A DNA stretch of 64,000 nt, taken from positions 1 through 64,000 of the IMG/VR virus record IMGVR_UViG_3300029288_000109; one strand, given 5' to 3'. The notes below the pieces were generated by a model. The model ran no database searches. It was not told the DNA's origin and saw only the letters and a program-made list of their open reading frames with translations. Every line of letters begins with the position of its first letter. Position 1 is the stretch's first letter. Of the stretch, positions 62,572 to 64,000 are shown piece after piece. A program made the translations under genes and the position numbers. This DNA comes from a virus. Taxonomy: Duplodnaviria > Caudoviricetes.

Positions 62572-63765
62572 GGTTATATTTCCTCACTATTTCGGCACCA
62601 ATAGTACCCATTACGAATTTAACTGCTTTTTCTGGACAATAATTTTCAACACTAGTTGCTATACCTAATTCTCTTGCTAGTTTATTACAAATTTGTTGAT
62701 ATACGCTTAATGCACACTTAGTACATAAATCAGTTATCTCATTATCATCATTATAACCATTACCAGATGGGTCCATTGACCTATCATAAGCAAAATAATA
62801 TCTTTCAACATCTTTGGTTGAGTCACATTTATCACAATGTTTTTTATCCATTATTCTTCTCCATTATGTGGCCCATTAGGTGGCGCACCCTTAAGATAAG
62901 AAAACATAAGTTTTAGGACATCTATCAGTTTTCTAAGCCATGATTGCCGTAATTCAAAATCAGGACAATGACCATTAAAATTCTTTTTATCACAATCAGA
63001 ATAAAAATAAATTGGACCCATTACAAAATCAATTGTTTTACGTGGATGAGCCATGCATCGTGCAAAAATACGACCATTTCGCAATCTATCTATAAAACCA
63101 ATATGTTTACATTTGCGGCACCAAATTATTTCTTCATTATCCATATTAATCACACCAATTAAAAATATTTTTATTCTCAAATTTGGCCGTAATATCCCTG
63201 ACAAAAGCATTCCATTTACAAGAGAAAGGTAAAAGAAACAACCTTCTTATGGTCCCAATGTTTTCAGATGTAATTAGAATCATCTTTATTCATCTCCCTT
63301 AACTGGTCTCTGCTTATTTGATCCTTCACGAATCAATACATTCTTTGGTCGTTTGGGTTTCTTAGGAAACTCATCAGGAGAACATCTCTGTGATGGAGTA
63401 TCAGATGGTTGCTTCCATTCTGGCATTGTAATTTTAAATACTTCGCCAGGTTCTATTGGTGTTTCACCATCTCTTACTTCGTCTACAAGAACTAGTTGTG
63501 TATCGTTTCCTCGTTTACCATACAAACTATTCAGATATTGCAGTACAATCAGCCCCACCCTACACCTATCTGCTACACTGGCAGTCTTTGCCCTATCTTC
63601 TGTAGCAATAGTGCTGACAATATATATATAAAGTTTTAAAGCGCAATCGCTGCACAAATAAATTACCACGGCATGGTCTAATACTTCTTTACCAGTAAAA
63701 ATTAAATCATAAGCAAAATTATATTCTTTTATATTCTCTTCTGAATTACAATGATTACATTTCAT
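62561..63765 (-). CDS. three Cys-containing hypothetical genes; 62561-62851 and 63286-63765 look paralogous
   Basis: Shared C..C.S......Y.FAYD...LC..CAL..Y pattern. Confidence 0.55.
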
Positions 63766-64000
63766 TAGAACGACACTCCAATAAGTGTTTTAAAAAACAC
63801 ATCAGTACCAAACATAAGTATAAATGACTTTTTATTATAGTCAGGGTGTAAAAGAACATCGGTTGCACCACTCCATGCGTAAACACCATCGGTCAACATA
63901 AATGGTTCACCAAACTTACTTTTTAGTGATGTCGTGGTTGAAGCAAAATATAGATAAAAATCACTACCATTATGTGGTTTAACATATAATACAATCGCGT

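Noticed and set aside
1-64000. Stop-codon reassignment (TAG read-through), prompted by the release-factor-like gene and the in-frame repeat after TAG 32376
   Set aside because: Long conserved genes are uninterrupted in code 11, and EDI tails end at TAG (27574, 29033) and TGA exactly as they do at TAA

Overview
A 64-kb segment of a large tailed dsDNA phage genome (standard code 11; no tRNA, rRNA, CRISPR or integrase seen). Left arm (mostly minus strand, 1-19.2 kb): LamG-domain protein, GT4 glycosyltransferase, major capsid, decoration, prohead protease/scaffold, portal, TerL, probable TerS, then M16 peptidase, RuvC-like resolvase, lytic transglycosylase, DNA methyltransferase, PRTase and dCMP deaminase. 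A gene-poor divergence zone (19.2-25.5 kb) carries two canonical parS palindromes, twin hairpins, a repeated CTAGGGTTACT motif, a ~400-nt candidate structured RNA and a few GC-rich, probably early genes. Right arm (plus strand, 25.5-60 kb): many small ORFs, an amidoligase/ATP-grasp/glutamine-amidotransferase cluster, sigma factor, RuvB, two RNA ligases, HAD phosphatase and two radical SAM enzymes. The last 4 kb are minus strand (GGQ release-factor-like protein, ThyX). The most striking feature is a set of 18 small proteins of two unrelated folds (10 SH3/KOW-like, 8 Cys4 zinc-binding-like) that all end in E-D-[IV]-stop, mostly as [FY]-x-hydrophobic-[DE]-E-D-[IV]. One member, missed by the ORF track, lies inside the peptide-ligase gene region, which suggests (inference only) a tag-plus-ligase or tag-plus-docking system. 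All family calls come from motifs recognised by eye, not from database searches.
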